Assembly: GCF_032191835.1 (NCBI RefSeq)
Contig: NC_083235.1
Span: 19,220,001-19,284,000 of the forward strand
Direction of reading: 5' to 3'
DNA: 64,000 bases
From: Heteronotia binoei
Lineage: Eukaryota
Part shown: one piece after another, positions 11,961 to 21,915 of the stretch
How positions within the stretch are numbered: position 1 is the stretch's first letter
Layout of the letters: the number at the start of each line of letters is the position of its first letter
The notes under the pieces: generated by a model
The model's database searches: none
Seen by the model: only the letters and a program-made list of their open reading frames with translations
Told to the model about the DNA's origin: nothing
Position numbers and translations under genes: made by a program

Positions 11961-13454
11961 TCACAGAGACCTCAGCACTTCTTTGGGAAACCCCTGGAGG
12001 ATTGGCACCTTATCCAACTGCATGCCTTCCCCTAATCCCACTGTTTCCAGAATCCTCAACAAGGGTTTGGTTTGGGTTCTCAGTCCCCTCGGTTGGGTTT
12101 TCAGCACTACCCAACTGACCCCCCCCTCTTGCCTGGAAGGTCCCACAGCTTCCCAGGACTCCTGTCTGCCCTGCTTCAAGACAACCTGTTCTGAGAGCGT
12201 CTCGGAAGATCCCACTTCCTGATCCACAGCTACTTGGTGAACCGGTTCCAACCTAAGGTCACTCAGGAGCCCCTTCTGGAACCACTCCCGTTCCCCCAAG
12301 CCTTCAGCTATGTGCTCCTCTGAGCCCACATTAGCCTTGCTGCTCTCAGAACCTCCTGTGAAATCTCCACTCTCCACCTCTGTCTCTTCAGTATGCACAT
12401 CCTTTACGCTAGACCGGTTCCCTTCCTCGCTAGGAACATCTACAGCCTCTTGCTGCACTTGGGGAAAGCTACACCCCTCTTCCCCTTGGGAACACCCTCC
12501 TCCAGGGCTCGAGACAGGCTGGTCCTCCCCCTCCTGGGTGACTGACCTCTCTTCGTCCTCAGTAACCTGGGCTATTTCCCCCTCCCTGGTTGGTGGTGAG
12601 GTGGCTTCCCTACAGTTGCCTTCCTCCTCCCACTTTCCTCTGAGGGTTTGGCTGCGGGTTACAGCATTGATAAAGTACTGGCCAACCAACAAATCCCGGC
12701 CCAATAACACTGGAACTGTCTGTTCCTTCATTACCCCAAATTCAGAATAGGATTTACATTCTTGTGGCGCTAAACCCCTGAACTGCTTTCGGGAGTGGTC
12801 TGGCCCCAGTTTAAACCTTTTAAATACAGTGGCTTTATAGGCTGCAAAAGTTATCCCCCCATCTTCCATAGGCATGCTGTGATAGATGGCTGAAAGTTCT
12901 CCAGTCAGGATGCTACAGAGGTAAGACATATAGTCTTCCTCTGCAATCCCCCACTGTTTGGCTGCCTTCTCAAAGTTGGAGAGGTATATGGAGGGGTCTT
13001 CTCCCTCTTTGTACACAGCAAAGTCTTTGGGGGTGACCTTGATCTTTTTGCTTTGTTCAGCTTTCAGACGTAGCACCTCAAGCTCATGGCGACGTTGCTC
13101 TTCCTGCTCCCGTCTGCGGATCTCAGCTTGTCTTTCATCCCTCTCTCTTTCCTCCCGTCTGCGGATCTCAGCCTGTCTTTCATCCCTCTCTCTTTCACTC
13201 TCTCTTTCCTCCCGTCTGCGGTCTTGGTCCGCCTCGATACGCATTCTCTCCAGTTCCAACTGTAGCCGCAAGATTGTTTCTGACTGGGTGGGGGGCACTT
13301 CTGCAGGTGCCCCTGCATGCTGATGATGCTCCAACAGGAGGTCTTTCATATCTGCTACAGTCATGTTGCCACACTCCAGCTTTTGCTTTGCGCACTCTTC
13401 CTGGAGCTGTGGCTTTGTCATCTTCAGGATTTCCAGTCTCTTAGCACGCTCCAT
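11961..13454 (-). CDS. 497-aa Gag/partial-protease fusion ORF of the Gypsy element
   Basis: Short helical N-terminus, E/R coiled coil, capsid-like FAVYKEGEDPSIYLSNFEKAA...FKLGPDHSRKQFR, then protease C-terminal PVLLGRD and AVTRSQ linker; the stop lies inside the LTR remnant. Confidence 0.75.
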   Translation of the reverse strand: MERAKRLEILKMTKPQLQEECAKQKLECGNMTVADMKDLLLEHHQHAGAPAEVPPTQSETILRLQLELERMRIEADQDRRREERESERERDERQAEIRRREERERDERQAEIRRREQEEQRRHELEVLRLKAEQSKKIKVTPKDFAVYKEGEDPSIYLSNFEKAAKQWGIAEEDYMSYLCSILTGELSAIYHSMPMEDGGITFAAYKATVFKRFKLGPDHSRKQFRGLAPQECKSYSEFGVMKEQTVPVLLGRDLLVGQYFINAVTRSQTLRGKWEEEGNCREATSPPTREGEIAQVTEDEERSVTQEGEDQPVSSPGGGCSQGEEGCSFPQVQQEAVDVPSEEGNRSSVKDVHTEETEVESGDFTGGSESSKANVGSEEHIAEGLGEREWFQKGLLSDLRLEPVHQVAVDQEVGSSETLSEQVVLKQGRQESWEAVGPSRQEGGVSWVVLKTQPRGLRTQTKPLLRILETVGLGEGMQLDKVPILQGFPKEVLRSL

Positions 13455-13583
13455 CCTAACTAACTAAACTTTCCCTATTCCAGTTGACCCAAAAATAAAA
13501 CAAAACCTCTGTTGCTTCCTCTGGGTGCTTGCACGTATCAAAAACCAAAAATGCCTGGCCAATCAAGTTCTCTGTTTGTTCTT

Positions 13584-13601
13584 ATCCCACCGCTGCCGCC
13601 A
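13584..13601 (-). other. Primer-binding site complementary to tRNA-Leu 3' end
   Basis: TGGCGGCAGCGGTGGGAT, 2 nt inside the 5' LTR boundary; 17/18 match to TGGTGGCAGCGGTGGGAT (my recall of the tRNA-Leu acceptor end). Confidence 0.8.
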
Positions 13602-13603
13602 AA

Positions 13604-14396
13604 TGTGGCGGAACCGGCCCGATTCTGCCTTCAGACCCAGTCCTGTCAACTCCCTGCTGAGTCGCCAACTCCTGGAGGGAGCTATTTCTCCTCCGGCCAC
13701 TTGGGCTCGCTGCCACCACCTGCTCAATCTAGGGGTTCAGATTGAGAGGAACAGGACTCCCAATCCCCCTCTCCAGCTATGAGGCCAGGCCTCAAGGTCC
13801 TCTGCCACCCTGTTCTTGGGTATCACAGAGACCTCAGCACTCCTTTGGGAAACCCCTGGAGGATTAGCACCTTATCCAACTGCATGCCTTCCCCGGGGCC
13901 CCCTTTATAAAGCAGCATGGTCTAAGCGGTCGGGGATCTATGTGGTACAGAATTTGACTGCCAGCATTCAAATCAGTAAAAATATTTAATTAAAAGAAAA
14001 GAAGAAAAGAACAAAAGAACAAAACAAAAACAGTTGCATGTAAAAGGTTAACACAGCACAGCACCCGCACAGCAAGCAGCATGACAAAGAAAAGGTGGTT
14101 ATAAACGCATCCTACTGTCCCTGGTCTAAACATGCCCTGCCTTGTGGTTGACTTACGTGGTCTGACTGCCTGGGCCCTGCTCATCCTGAGTAGGCCTCTC
14201 CCAGTCAGGAGCCCACAAACTCACACCCTCTTCCTTCGAAGGCCAGCTGCAGACTGACTCCTCTTCCTGCCTAACTCCCATGCCAAGAACAAAAGAACTT
14301 CCTACCGCTCTAGGAGGCTTTCCCCCTAGAGTTGTTGGTTTGGCTCTGGAAGGGAGAGGGGGGTTGGAGGGGGGCTAGGCCAAAGCCTGCTTAGCA
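13604..14396 (-). repeat. 5' LTR (793 bp) of the Gypsy element
   Basis: Bounded by the PBS and the TSD; TATA-like TTTATAAA at 13903-13910 and an ATTAAA-like signal near 13987. Confidence 0.85.
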
Positions 14397-14989
14397 GTTT
14401 CATGTTCCCTCCCAACTAAGATGGCGTTTCTCCACAGTTTCCTTTGCTGTTTTAGAGTGGACTGGGAAGTGAAAACAGCCCTGGAGCAAGCCCAGCTGAG
14501 TGGGGCTACATGCCAGCTGCCCCGGGGTTTACTCCCTGTTGCAAACAATGGAGATGAGCTTGTTCACTGCTTCCTCTTAAAAACTAGCAGCTGTGTGGGA
14601 AAAGAAAATTGGTGAACCATCACCAAGGATCACTGCCAATCAAGGATTTGAACCAAGTGGCCCCTGAAACTTTGGTGTGTTACTAGAGCTTGCCTCTGGC
14701 CACCAGCAGCCTTCCAGGGCAGTGGTCTGTCAGGAAATTTTCCCTGTTGGTTAAATGGCCAGTCTGCTGCTGGTGCCATATGCTGGAAGGATCTTCACTG
14801 GAATTATGCTGGGACAGCCCACTGAGCAGAATCCATCTCAGCCTCTAAAGATCCGGAGGAGGCAGCTGAGATTGGTGATTCTTTTGCATTACTTGGCCTC
14901 AAGGGGCGATTGATGAGAGGAGGAGGGCAGAAGCACTGCCAGTTGGCTTCCTTCACGTGGGTAATTGGTATTTGCCTGGGGGCAAATTA

Positions 14990-15480
14990 AGAACATAAGA
15001 GAAGCCATGTTGGATCAGGTCAATGGCCCATCCAATCCAACACTCTGTAAACACAGTGGCCAAAAAAACCCCAGATACCATCAGGAGGTCCACCAATGGG
15101 GCCAGGACACTAGAAGTCCTCCCACTGTTGCCCCTCCCAAGCACCAAGAATACAGAGCATCACTTGCCCCAGACAGAGTGTTCCAACAATACGCAGTGGC
15201 TAATAGCCACTGATGGACCTCTGCTCCATATGCTGACCCAATCCCCGCTTGAAGCTGGCAAACTGAAATGCTGCCATTCAGTTGCATTCACACGGGTGAC
15301 TGGTATTTGCAAACTGCACTTTGGGGGATAAGAACGTAAGAGAAGCCATGCTGGATCAGGCCAGTGGCCCATCCAGTCCAACACTGTGAGTCACACAATG
15401 ACCAAAAAGCAGGTGACATTGAGTGGGGCCAGAACTCCAGAAGCCCTCCCACTGTTGCCCCCCACTGTTGGTGGAAGGGT
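14990..15480 (-). mobile_element. CR1 LINE 3'-end fragments (two)
   Basis: acataagagaagccatg.tggatcagg... 3' UTR shared with 19448-19990, 51385-51665 and 53045-53510. Confidence 0.75.
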
Positions 15481-15481
15481 A

Positions 15482-15655
15482 TAGCATAGTCTGATCTTGT
15501 CAGATGTCAGAAGCCAAGCAGGGTTGATGCTTAGGTAGGAAACCACCACAGAAGACTTTGCCAAGGCAGGCAATGGCAAACCATCTCTACTGAATCACTT
15601 GCCTTGAAAGCCCCTCAATGGGGTTGCCGTAAGTTGGCTGTAACCTGACACTACT
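15482..15655 (+). mobile_element. 5S rRNA-derived SINE with Sauria/BovB-type tail (degenerate)
   Basis: ctgatcttgtcagatgtcagaagccaagcaggg resembles the 5S internal promoter; followed by the ggcaatggcaaacca tail. Confidence 0.6.
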
Positions 15656-15659
15656 TTAG

Positions 15660-15946
15660 AAGAAGACGATAACAACGACATTGGATTTATATCCTGCCCT
15701 CCACGCTGAATCTCAAGAGTCTCAGAGTGGCTCACAATCTCCTTTATCTTCCTCCCCACAACAAACACCCTGTGAGGTGGGTGGGGCTGAGAGAGCTCTC
15801 CGAGAAGCTGCCCTATCAGGGACAACTCCTGTGAGAGCTGTGGATGACCCAAGGCCACTCCAGCAGGTGCAAGTGGAGGAGTGGGGAATCAAACCCGGTT
15901 CTCCCAGATAAGAGTCCATGCACTTAACCACTGCACCAAACTGGCT
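15660..15946 (-). mobile_element. Squam3-like SINE
   Basis: Full reverse copy. Confidence 0.8.
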
Positions 15947-16046
15947 TTACACGCCCTGCCCCCAAACTGCACGTTAACCTCAGTCATTCCCGCCCATCTC
16001 CATTAGGCCGTACCCCCCAAGGACGGCCAGAGCCTCTTTGTGTTAC

Positions 16047-16198
16047 CTGCTTGGGAAAACCATCAATGACAACCAGCCTGGCGTGTTGCTCTTCACACTT
16101 CGTCTTGGCCTGTTGCCAGGGAACAACTGCTATGGAGAAGTAGTAGCACTTCCCATTGAAGTACTCCCATTGCCTGGCCTCAGGGCCACAGGGGAACA
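16047..16198 (-). CDS. Hepatic-lectin-like C-type lectin, exon 4
   Basis: cctttctttag acceptor, GTAACA donor; (L)FPCGPEARQWEYFNGKCYYFS...CEEQHARLVVIDGFPKQ. Confidence 0.93.
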
Positions 16199-16327
16199 CT
16201 AAAGAAAGGACAAAAGATGACAGTCACCAGTTTGTTGCTTGGCCTGGAAATTTACAGGAGCTTGAGAATTGCGGTTGTGCTGACAGAAGACCAATGGAGC
16301 CTGGTAAGTCTAGGCTGTATTGACAAC

Positions 16328-16508
16328 CAGGGCTTTTTTTGTAGCAGGAACTCCTTTGCATATTAGGCCACACCCCCTGATGTAGAGAATCCTCCTGGAG
16401 CTTACAATAGGCCCTGTACGAAGAGCCCTGTAAGCTTTTGGAGGATTGGCTACATCAGGGAGGTGTGGCCTAATATGCAAAGGAGTTCATTCTACAAAAA
16501 AAGCCCTG
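16328..16508. mobile_element. hAT-type MITE, 181 bp
   Basis: Palindromic; TSD TTGACAAC/TTGATAAC. Confidence 0.85.
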
Positions 16509-17192
16509 TTGATAACACAGTGTGTGATCTAAGATTCCCAGGTCTGATATGGCAGAGTCTGTTCTGGAGGGTGATGTTATAGTTCAGGGCTCTATGGTTT
16601 TAGCCCAGTTTTACCATAGAGTTTTGCCAAAAAGCTGCAGTGTCACCCCCTGACATTGGTGATGTGATGATGTCACTTCCAGGTGACATCATTGTATTGT
16701 GTTTGGGAGCATTTGTAAGTGGGGTTTTCCCCCACCAGCAACTTGGCTGGTGGCAGAAAAAGGCCTGCAAATGCGGGGGAAGCCTTGCCTGGACTTCTAG
16801 GTAGAGTTGCCAATCCCCAATTAGGGGCAGGGGATCCACCGGCTTGGAGGTCCTCCCCGCACTTCAGGGTTATCAGAAAGTAGGGGGGGGGAAATGTCTG
16901 CTGGGCACTCCACTATTCCCTATGGAGACTGATTTTCATAGGGTGTAATTGAGAATTGATCTGTGGGTATCTGGGGATCAAATGGGCTGTTTTTTGAGGC
17001 AAACACACTAAATTTCCAGCATATCATTTAGAGCCTCTCCTTCAAACATCCCCCCAAGTTTCAAAAAGATTGGACCAGGTAATCCAATTCTATAAGCCCC
17101 CAAAGAAGGTGCCCCTATCCTCCATTATTTTCAATGGAGGGAAAGCATTTAAAAGAAATTCGGTCCTTTTAGATGTGATTACCACAACTCCC

Positions 17193-18330
17193 GGGGGTGG
17201 TGGGGGGTGGGCTCCCTCTGGGAATCCTACCCCCCCAGGGAAAGTGCATGCGCAATACATAGCCTCTCCTCTCCCGGTGTAGTGAACGCCGCGTGGTCAC
17301 TGTCTGGCTATGCCTGGCAGATGGTCACTGCAATGGCCTCTCCTGCATTACTGCATCCGTAGCAACACCTTCTCGCTGGTCCCCCCCGTTTTCACAGAGT
17401 TTGCTATGTCATGGTGCGACCGAATTGTCCGGCGGTATAACCGGATGGGCAGGCTGGGCCCACCAACCTCGTCAGCCTAAGAGAAGGAAAACTCTAACAT
17501 CAAACCCGGGCAGATAGAGCTCGTTAATGTAACACCTACCACCTGGCATCTCCTCAGATGCCAAGATCGACAAGGAGATTGACAACAGGCTGGCAAAGGC
17601 AAACCGTGCATTTGGCCGACTGCACAAAAGAGTGTGGAGCAACAAGCATCTGAAAAAAGGCACAAAGATCAATGTTTACAAAGCGGTTGTGATGACAACC
17701 CTCATCTATGGCTCCGAATCGTGGGTTTTATACCGTCATCACCTGCGACTCCTTGAGCGCTTTCATCAGCGCTGCCTTCGCACCATCCTCAACATCCACT
17801 GGAGTGACTTTGTGACCAACACTGAAGTCCTCAAGCGGGCAGAGGTTACCAGCATCGAGGCACTGCTGTTGAAGACGCAGCTGCGCTGGGCAGGGCATAT
17901 TTCTAGGATGGAAAACCACCGCCTTCCCAAGATTGCCCTGTATGGCGAACTCTCCACCGGCCATCGAAATAGAGGGGCACCAAAGAAGAGGTACAAGGAC
18001 TCCTTGAAGAAATCCCTTAGCACCTGTCACATCAACCATCACCAGTGGTCTGACCTAGCCTCAGATCGCAAAGCATGGAGGCACACCATCCACCAGGCTG
18101 TCTCTTCCTTTGAGAACGCACGCATAGCTGGTCTTGAGGACAAAAGGAGATTGAGGAAGAATCGCACTGCTACAGGACCAACCCTAAATCAGACTTTTCC
18201 CTGCAGCCGCTGTGGCCGGACCTGCCTGTCCCACATTGGTCTTGTCAGCCACCAGCGAGCCTGCAGCAAATGTGGACTATTGCACCCTTCTTAAATCTTC
18301 GTTCGCGAAGCCAAGCCGAGAGAGAGAGAG
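17193..18330 (+). mobile_element. Bipartite (internally deleted) RTE-clade LINE
   Basis: 12-bp TSD ACCACAACTCCC (17181-17192 and 18331-18342); RTE 5'-UTR-like taagagaaggaaaactct; open ORF2 C-terminus (YGSESW, QLRWAGH, RLPKIALYGEL, C2H2 finger CSRCGRTC..HQRAC); (GA)n tail. Confidence 0.85.
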
Positions 18331-18736
18331 ACCACAACTCCCTTTGGAGCTCAATTGGGCTTGTCACACCCTTGCTCCTGCCTCCACCCCTGAAGTCCCC
18401 AGATATTTCATGAATCAGACCTAGCAAACCAATTTCTAGGCCATTACAACCTTTCACTTGGAGCTCGCCATAGAGCCTAGTTGCCAAAAAGGACTAGTAG
18501 CAGAAGGGTACAAAGCCAAGCGTAACTTTTCAGGACCTAATACAAATTTGTAGCAGCACTACCACCACCAAACATGCATGATTATACTCACCCCTGAATT
18601 GTTCTAGGACTAGGCTTGCCAATCCCCAGGTGGGAAGAATTACAAAAGAGAGAATCACAGAGAGAATGAAAACCCAAAGAGAAACCGTGACAAAATAACG
18701 AACACAATTGTTAATTCATTTACAATTATTTAAGTA

Positions 18737-19058
18737 TGAAACTTCAAAGCACTGATTATTATAATCCAATTCAACAATAAATATATCGAGGACAGTACAT
18801 GTAAAACGGTGCGACAAGCGTCCTGCCGGCTCCAGGCTCTGTCAGAGGGATGTCGGGGAATCTTTGGATTCATTTATTTTGGAAAGAAAAATCTGCACAG
18901 GCACTTTGACCTACAAGCACTTTGTAGCACTAAGCATTTTAAGCAATTTGTTCTAATGAAGTGTGTGCTTAGATGCGTTTTGGAAATGATTTACATGTAC
19001 TGTCCTCAATATATTTATTGTTGAATTGGATTATAATAATCAGTGCTTTGAAGTTTCA
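18737..19058. repeat. 69-bp near-perfect inverted repeat with 184-bp spacer
   Basis: Arms 18737-18805 and 18990-19058, 1 mismatch. Confidence 0.9.
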
Positions 19059-19121
19059 CACTCCATGCCAGGGCCAACAGCAGAGCCATGGACACCTTTA
19101 AAGTAAAATACAGAAACTTAC

Positions 19122-19196
19122 AGTGCAAATCATGGGCGGAGAAGCTGTTCTTTATTTTGCTGTATGTCTCATTCAGTTGCGATGACAGTGTTGCGG
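19122..19196 (-). CDS. Hepatic-lectin-like C-type lectin, exon 3 (neck)
   Basis: Long pyrimidine tract then ccag; (A)ATLSSQLNETYSKIKNSFSAHDLH; GTAAGT donor; phase 1/1. Confidence 0.9.
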
Positions 19197-19447
19197 CTGG
19201 ACCAGTAAAGGACAGGAGAGAAATATAGATGAAAGAGATGGGAGAGCAGACCTTAGACTAGCCGCTGTCTGGCCGGGCGGTACCTTCCAGCTTCCACCCC
19301 ACTCTCTTTCACTCTGTAATCAAATGTGTACCCGACTGGGCTTCAGGCCTGTAGGCAGGGTTTCAAAAGTTGGGGTCCATGTTAAAAAGTCAGGAGGCAC
19401 TTAGTAGGTTTCTTCCCCTGGCTGCTGACATTATGACTCAGGGCTTA

Positions 19448-19995
19448 CATAAGAGAACATAAGAGAAGTCATGTTGGATCAGGCCAATGGCCCATCCAGT
19501 CCAACACTCTGTGTCACACAGTGGCTGAAAAAACCAACTGCCATCAAGAGGTCCACCAGTGGGGCTAGAAGCCCTTTCACTGTGCCCCACCCCCCCAGCA
19601 CAAGAATACAGAGCATCACTGCCCCAGGCAGAGAGTTCCAACAATAAACTGTGGCTAATAGCCACTGATGGACCTCTGCTCCATATGCTTATCCAATCCC
19701 CTCTTGAAGCTGGCTATGCTTGTAGCCGCCACCACCTCCTGTGGCAGTGAATTCCATATGTAAATCACCCTTTAGGTGAAGAAGTGCTTCCTTTTATCAG
19801 TTCTAACCGGACTGCTCAGCAATTTCATCGAATGCCCACAAGTTCTTGTATTGTGAGAAAGGGAGAAAAGGACTTCTTTCTCTACTTTCTCCATCCCATG
19901 CATAATCTTGTAAGCCTTGATCATGTCACCCCGCAGCCGACGTTTCTCCAAGCTAAAGAGCCCCAAGCGTTTTAACCTTTCTTCATAGGGAAAAT
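19448..19995 (-). mobile_element. CR1 LINE 3' fragment
   Basis: YEERLKRLGLFSLEKRRLRGDMI...RTCGHSMKL is the typical CR1 ORF2 C-terminus, followed by the 3' UTR. Confidence 0.9.
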
Positions 19996-21057
19996 GTTCC
20001 ACCCCTTCTGACCTTCCCTCCCGCCCCACCACCACTTAAGTGCTCTTTAATTGGCATGCTCCTGGATACCCCCTCCCATGCAATTTAAATCATGGGGAGG
20101 GAGGGGGCGGCCCCACAGCCTCTCAACACCCCCCTTGTTGGTGGCAGGGGGAGGGGGGAAGGTCCGGGGCACCTGTGTTGGGGCACCCAACCAGAAGCCA
20201 GGGGGCAGGGCCTCCACAGCCCTCCTCCTCGTAGCTACAAGCCTGCTGTATTTGCTAACCACAAAAGAAAAGAGGATGTTTTCGCTTATAGTTCTTCACC
20301 CATCTGGGTCCATCAGACATCACAGCACTGTCGTGATTTACCAATTATAGATTTTTTAAAAGTTCGGAAATAGAGCCCTGGTGATACGATGGGGGAAATA
20401 AGAGCCACGAGGGGAAAATGGCACAGATCTGAGATGCTGTCCGCCCTCCTGTCTAGTTTGCCTGATAACTTTGATGGTGCTCTTCCTAAAAAGACCAAGA
20501 GAGGCAGGTTTGGGAAGCAGGGAGAGAGACAGATTCGTTGGCCTGCCATTCATCTACATCCGACAACATTGTATGGTGCTAAAACAGCAAAAATGAAGCA
20601 TTGCTGCCAAGCCCCCGGTTGGGAGGTTCTGAACCCGCTGGCCCACATTGGGCCAGCCGGGGGAACCTCCCCCAACATCGCCGCCGCAATGACATCATCC
20701 GGAAGTGACTTTATTGTGATGGTGATGTCACGAGGCGGCCACTCTAGGCGTTTCTGGGAAAACTCTATGATTTTCCCGGACGCTCTAACCATTTGGGAGG
20801 GGAAACTCTATGGTACAATAGGTACCGTTGCGACTCATGCAAAAGTCCCCAGCCGGACAATGCGGGGGATTTGACAACCCTTTGCTGCCAATGATCCACA
20901 GATCATTTGACTTGTAGGGAGGTGTTTTTATCACTTTGTCCCTCTGTGACTGAGTAAACGATAAACTAAACAGGATCAGTAATGGTGCGCCTCTCATGTA
21001 TCACAGTTCACAGAATCCCCTATTAGGGATGCCAGCCTCCAGGTGAGACCTGAGGAC

Positions 21058-21525
21058 CAGTGTTCCCTCTAAACTGCGTTAGTGTGAGCCAGCTCACAGT
21101 TTTTTAGCCTCTGGCTCCCAGATTTTTTGTCTTGGCTCAGGAGAAATGCCCCCCAAGCAGACTAATTTATGAAGTAGCTCACCACTTTCATGCCAGTAGC
21201 TCACAAAGTAGAATTTTTGCTCACAAGACTGCACAGCTTAGAGGGAGTATCGCTGAGGATCCCCCAGGATTACAGCTCATCTTCAGACTACAGGGATCAA
21301 GCTCCCCTGGAGAAAATGGATGCTTGGAAGCAATACTCCCTCTAAGCTGTGGAGTCTTGTGAGCAAAAATTCTATTTTGTGAGCTACTGGCATTCAAGTG
21401 GTGAGCTACTGCATACATTAGTTTGCTCTGGGGCCATTTTTCCTGAGCGAAGACAAAAAATGTGTGAGCTGGAGGCTACACAACTATGAGCTAGCTCACA
21501 CTAACTCAGCTTAGAGGGAATATTG
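21058..21525. mobile_element. Two oppositely oriented hAT MITEs (CAGTGTTCCCTCTAAGCTG family) nested in a TAGGGTTGCC element
   Basis: First copy has TSD ctgaggac/ctgaggat; second copy is inverted, starting ~80 bp downstream. Confidence 0.75.
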
Positions 21526-21736
21526 CCTGGGAGGATAGACTCAATGGCATTGTACCCCACTGAGGTTCCTGTCCTCCCCAGGCTCCACCCCCAAGTCTCC
21601 AGGAGTTTCCCAGCTTGGAGCTGGTAACACTACAACGCCTCCACCCCAACCCCCTGCTAGTGGCCATGGAGGCCCTGGCAACCCTCTTTCTTACAAATGT
21701 AGTAATTTAGAGAAGGCTAATGGGGGGGGGACTTAC

Positions 21737-21835
21737 CTTTGGAGAGGGTCACTGCAAAGCCAATGACAATCAGCAAGTAGGAGAGAGCCAGCAAGATGTA
21801 GATTATGAATAAGGGTCTCTGACAGGTATTTCTTC
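21737..21835 (-). CDS. Hepatic-lectin-like C-type lectin, exon 2 (signal-anchor transmembrane)
   Basis: gaaag acceptor, GTAAGT donor; RNTCQRPLFIIYILLALSYLLIVIGFAVTLSK; 99 nt, phase 1/1. Confidence 0.92.
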
Positions 21836-21915
21836 CTTTCAACAAAAAGAGGAGAGAGGGATGGTTGCAGGTCATGCACAGTTAAGCTTACCTTTCCATT
21901 TGTGTCAATGACACT

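Larger units (their letters stand above)
11742..14396 (-). mobile_element. Internally deleted Gypsy (Gmr1-like) LTR retrotransposon in lectin intron 4
   Basis: TG...CA termini; 5-bp TSD GTTTC (11737-11741 and 14397-14401); 291-bp direct repeats 11742-12032 and 13604-13894; PBS; gag-like ORF. Confidence 0.9.

Noticed and set aside
12310-13323. Ser-rich plus-strand ORFs (146 and 121 aa)
   Set aside because: Antisense shadows of the E/R-rich Gypsy ORF
14410-14960. Non-repetitive-looking stretch right of the LTR, possibly an old LINE or an exon
   Set aside because: No recognisable protein motif or splice-compatible exon; left unannotated
18592-18609. Possible 18-nt phase-1 micro-exon (ag|TCCTAGAACAATTCAGGG|gtgagt) between lectin exons 3 and 4
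   Set aside because: Exon 3 joined directly to exon 4 (SAHDLHLFPCG) is collinear with chicken hepatic lectin (SSRDSLLFPCG), and the acceptor derives from a repeat terminus
20785-20997. ORF and pyrimidine tract resembling a lectin neck exon
   Set aside because: Phase-1 frames hit stops and there is no GT donor; the true neck exon is 19122-19196
21836-21915. Minus-strand GTAAGC donor at 21891 suggesting an extra lectin exon
   Set aside because: It would leave a 56-nt intron, and the phase-compatible frame contains a stop
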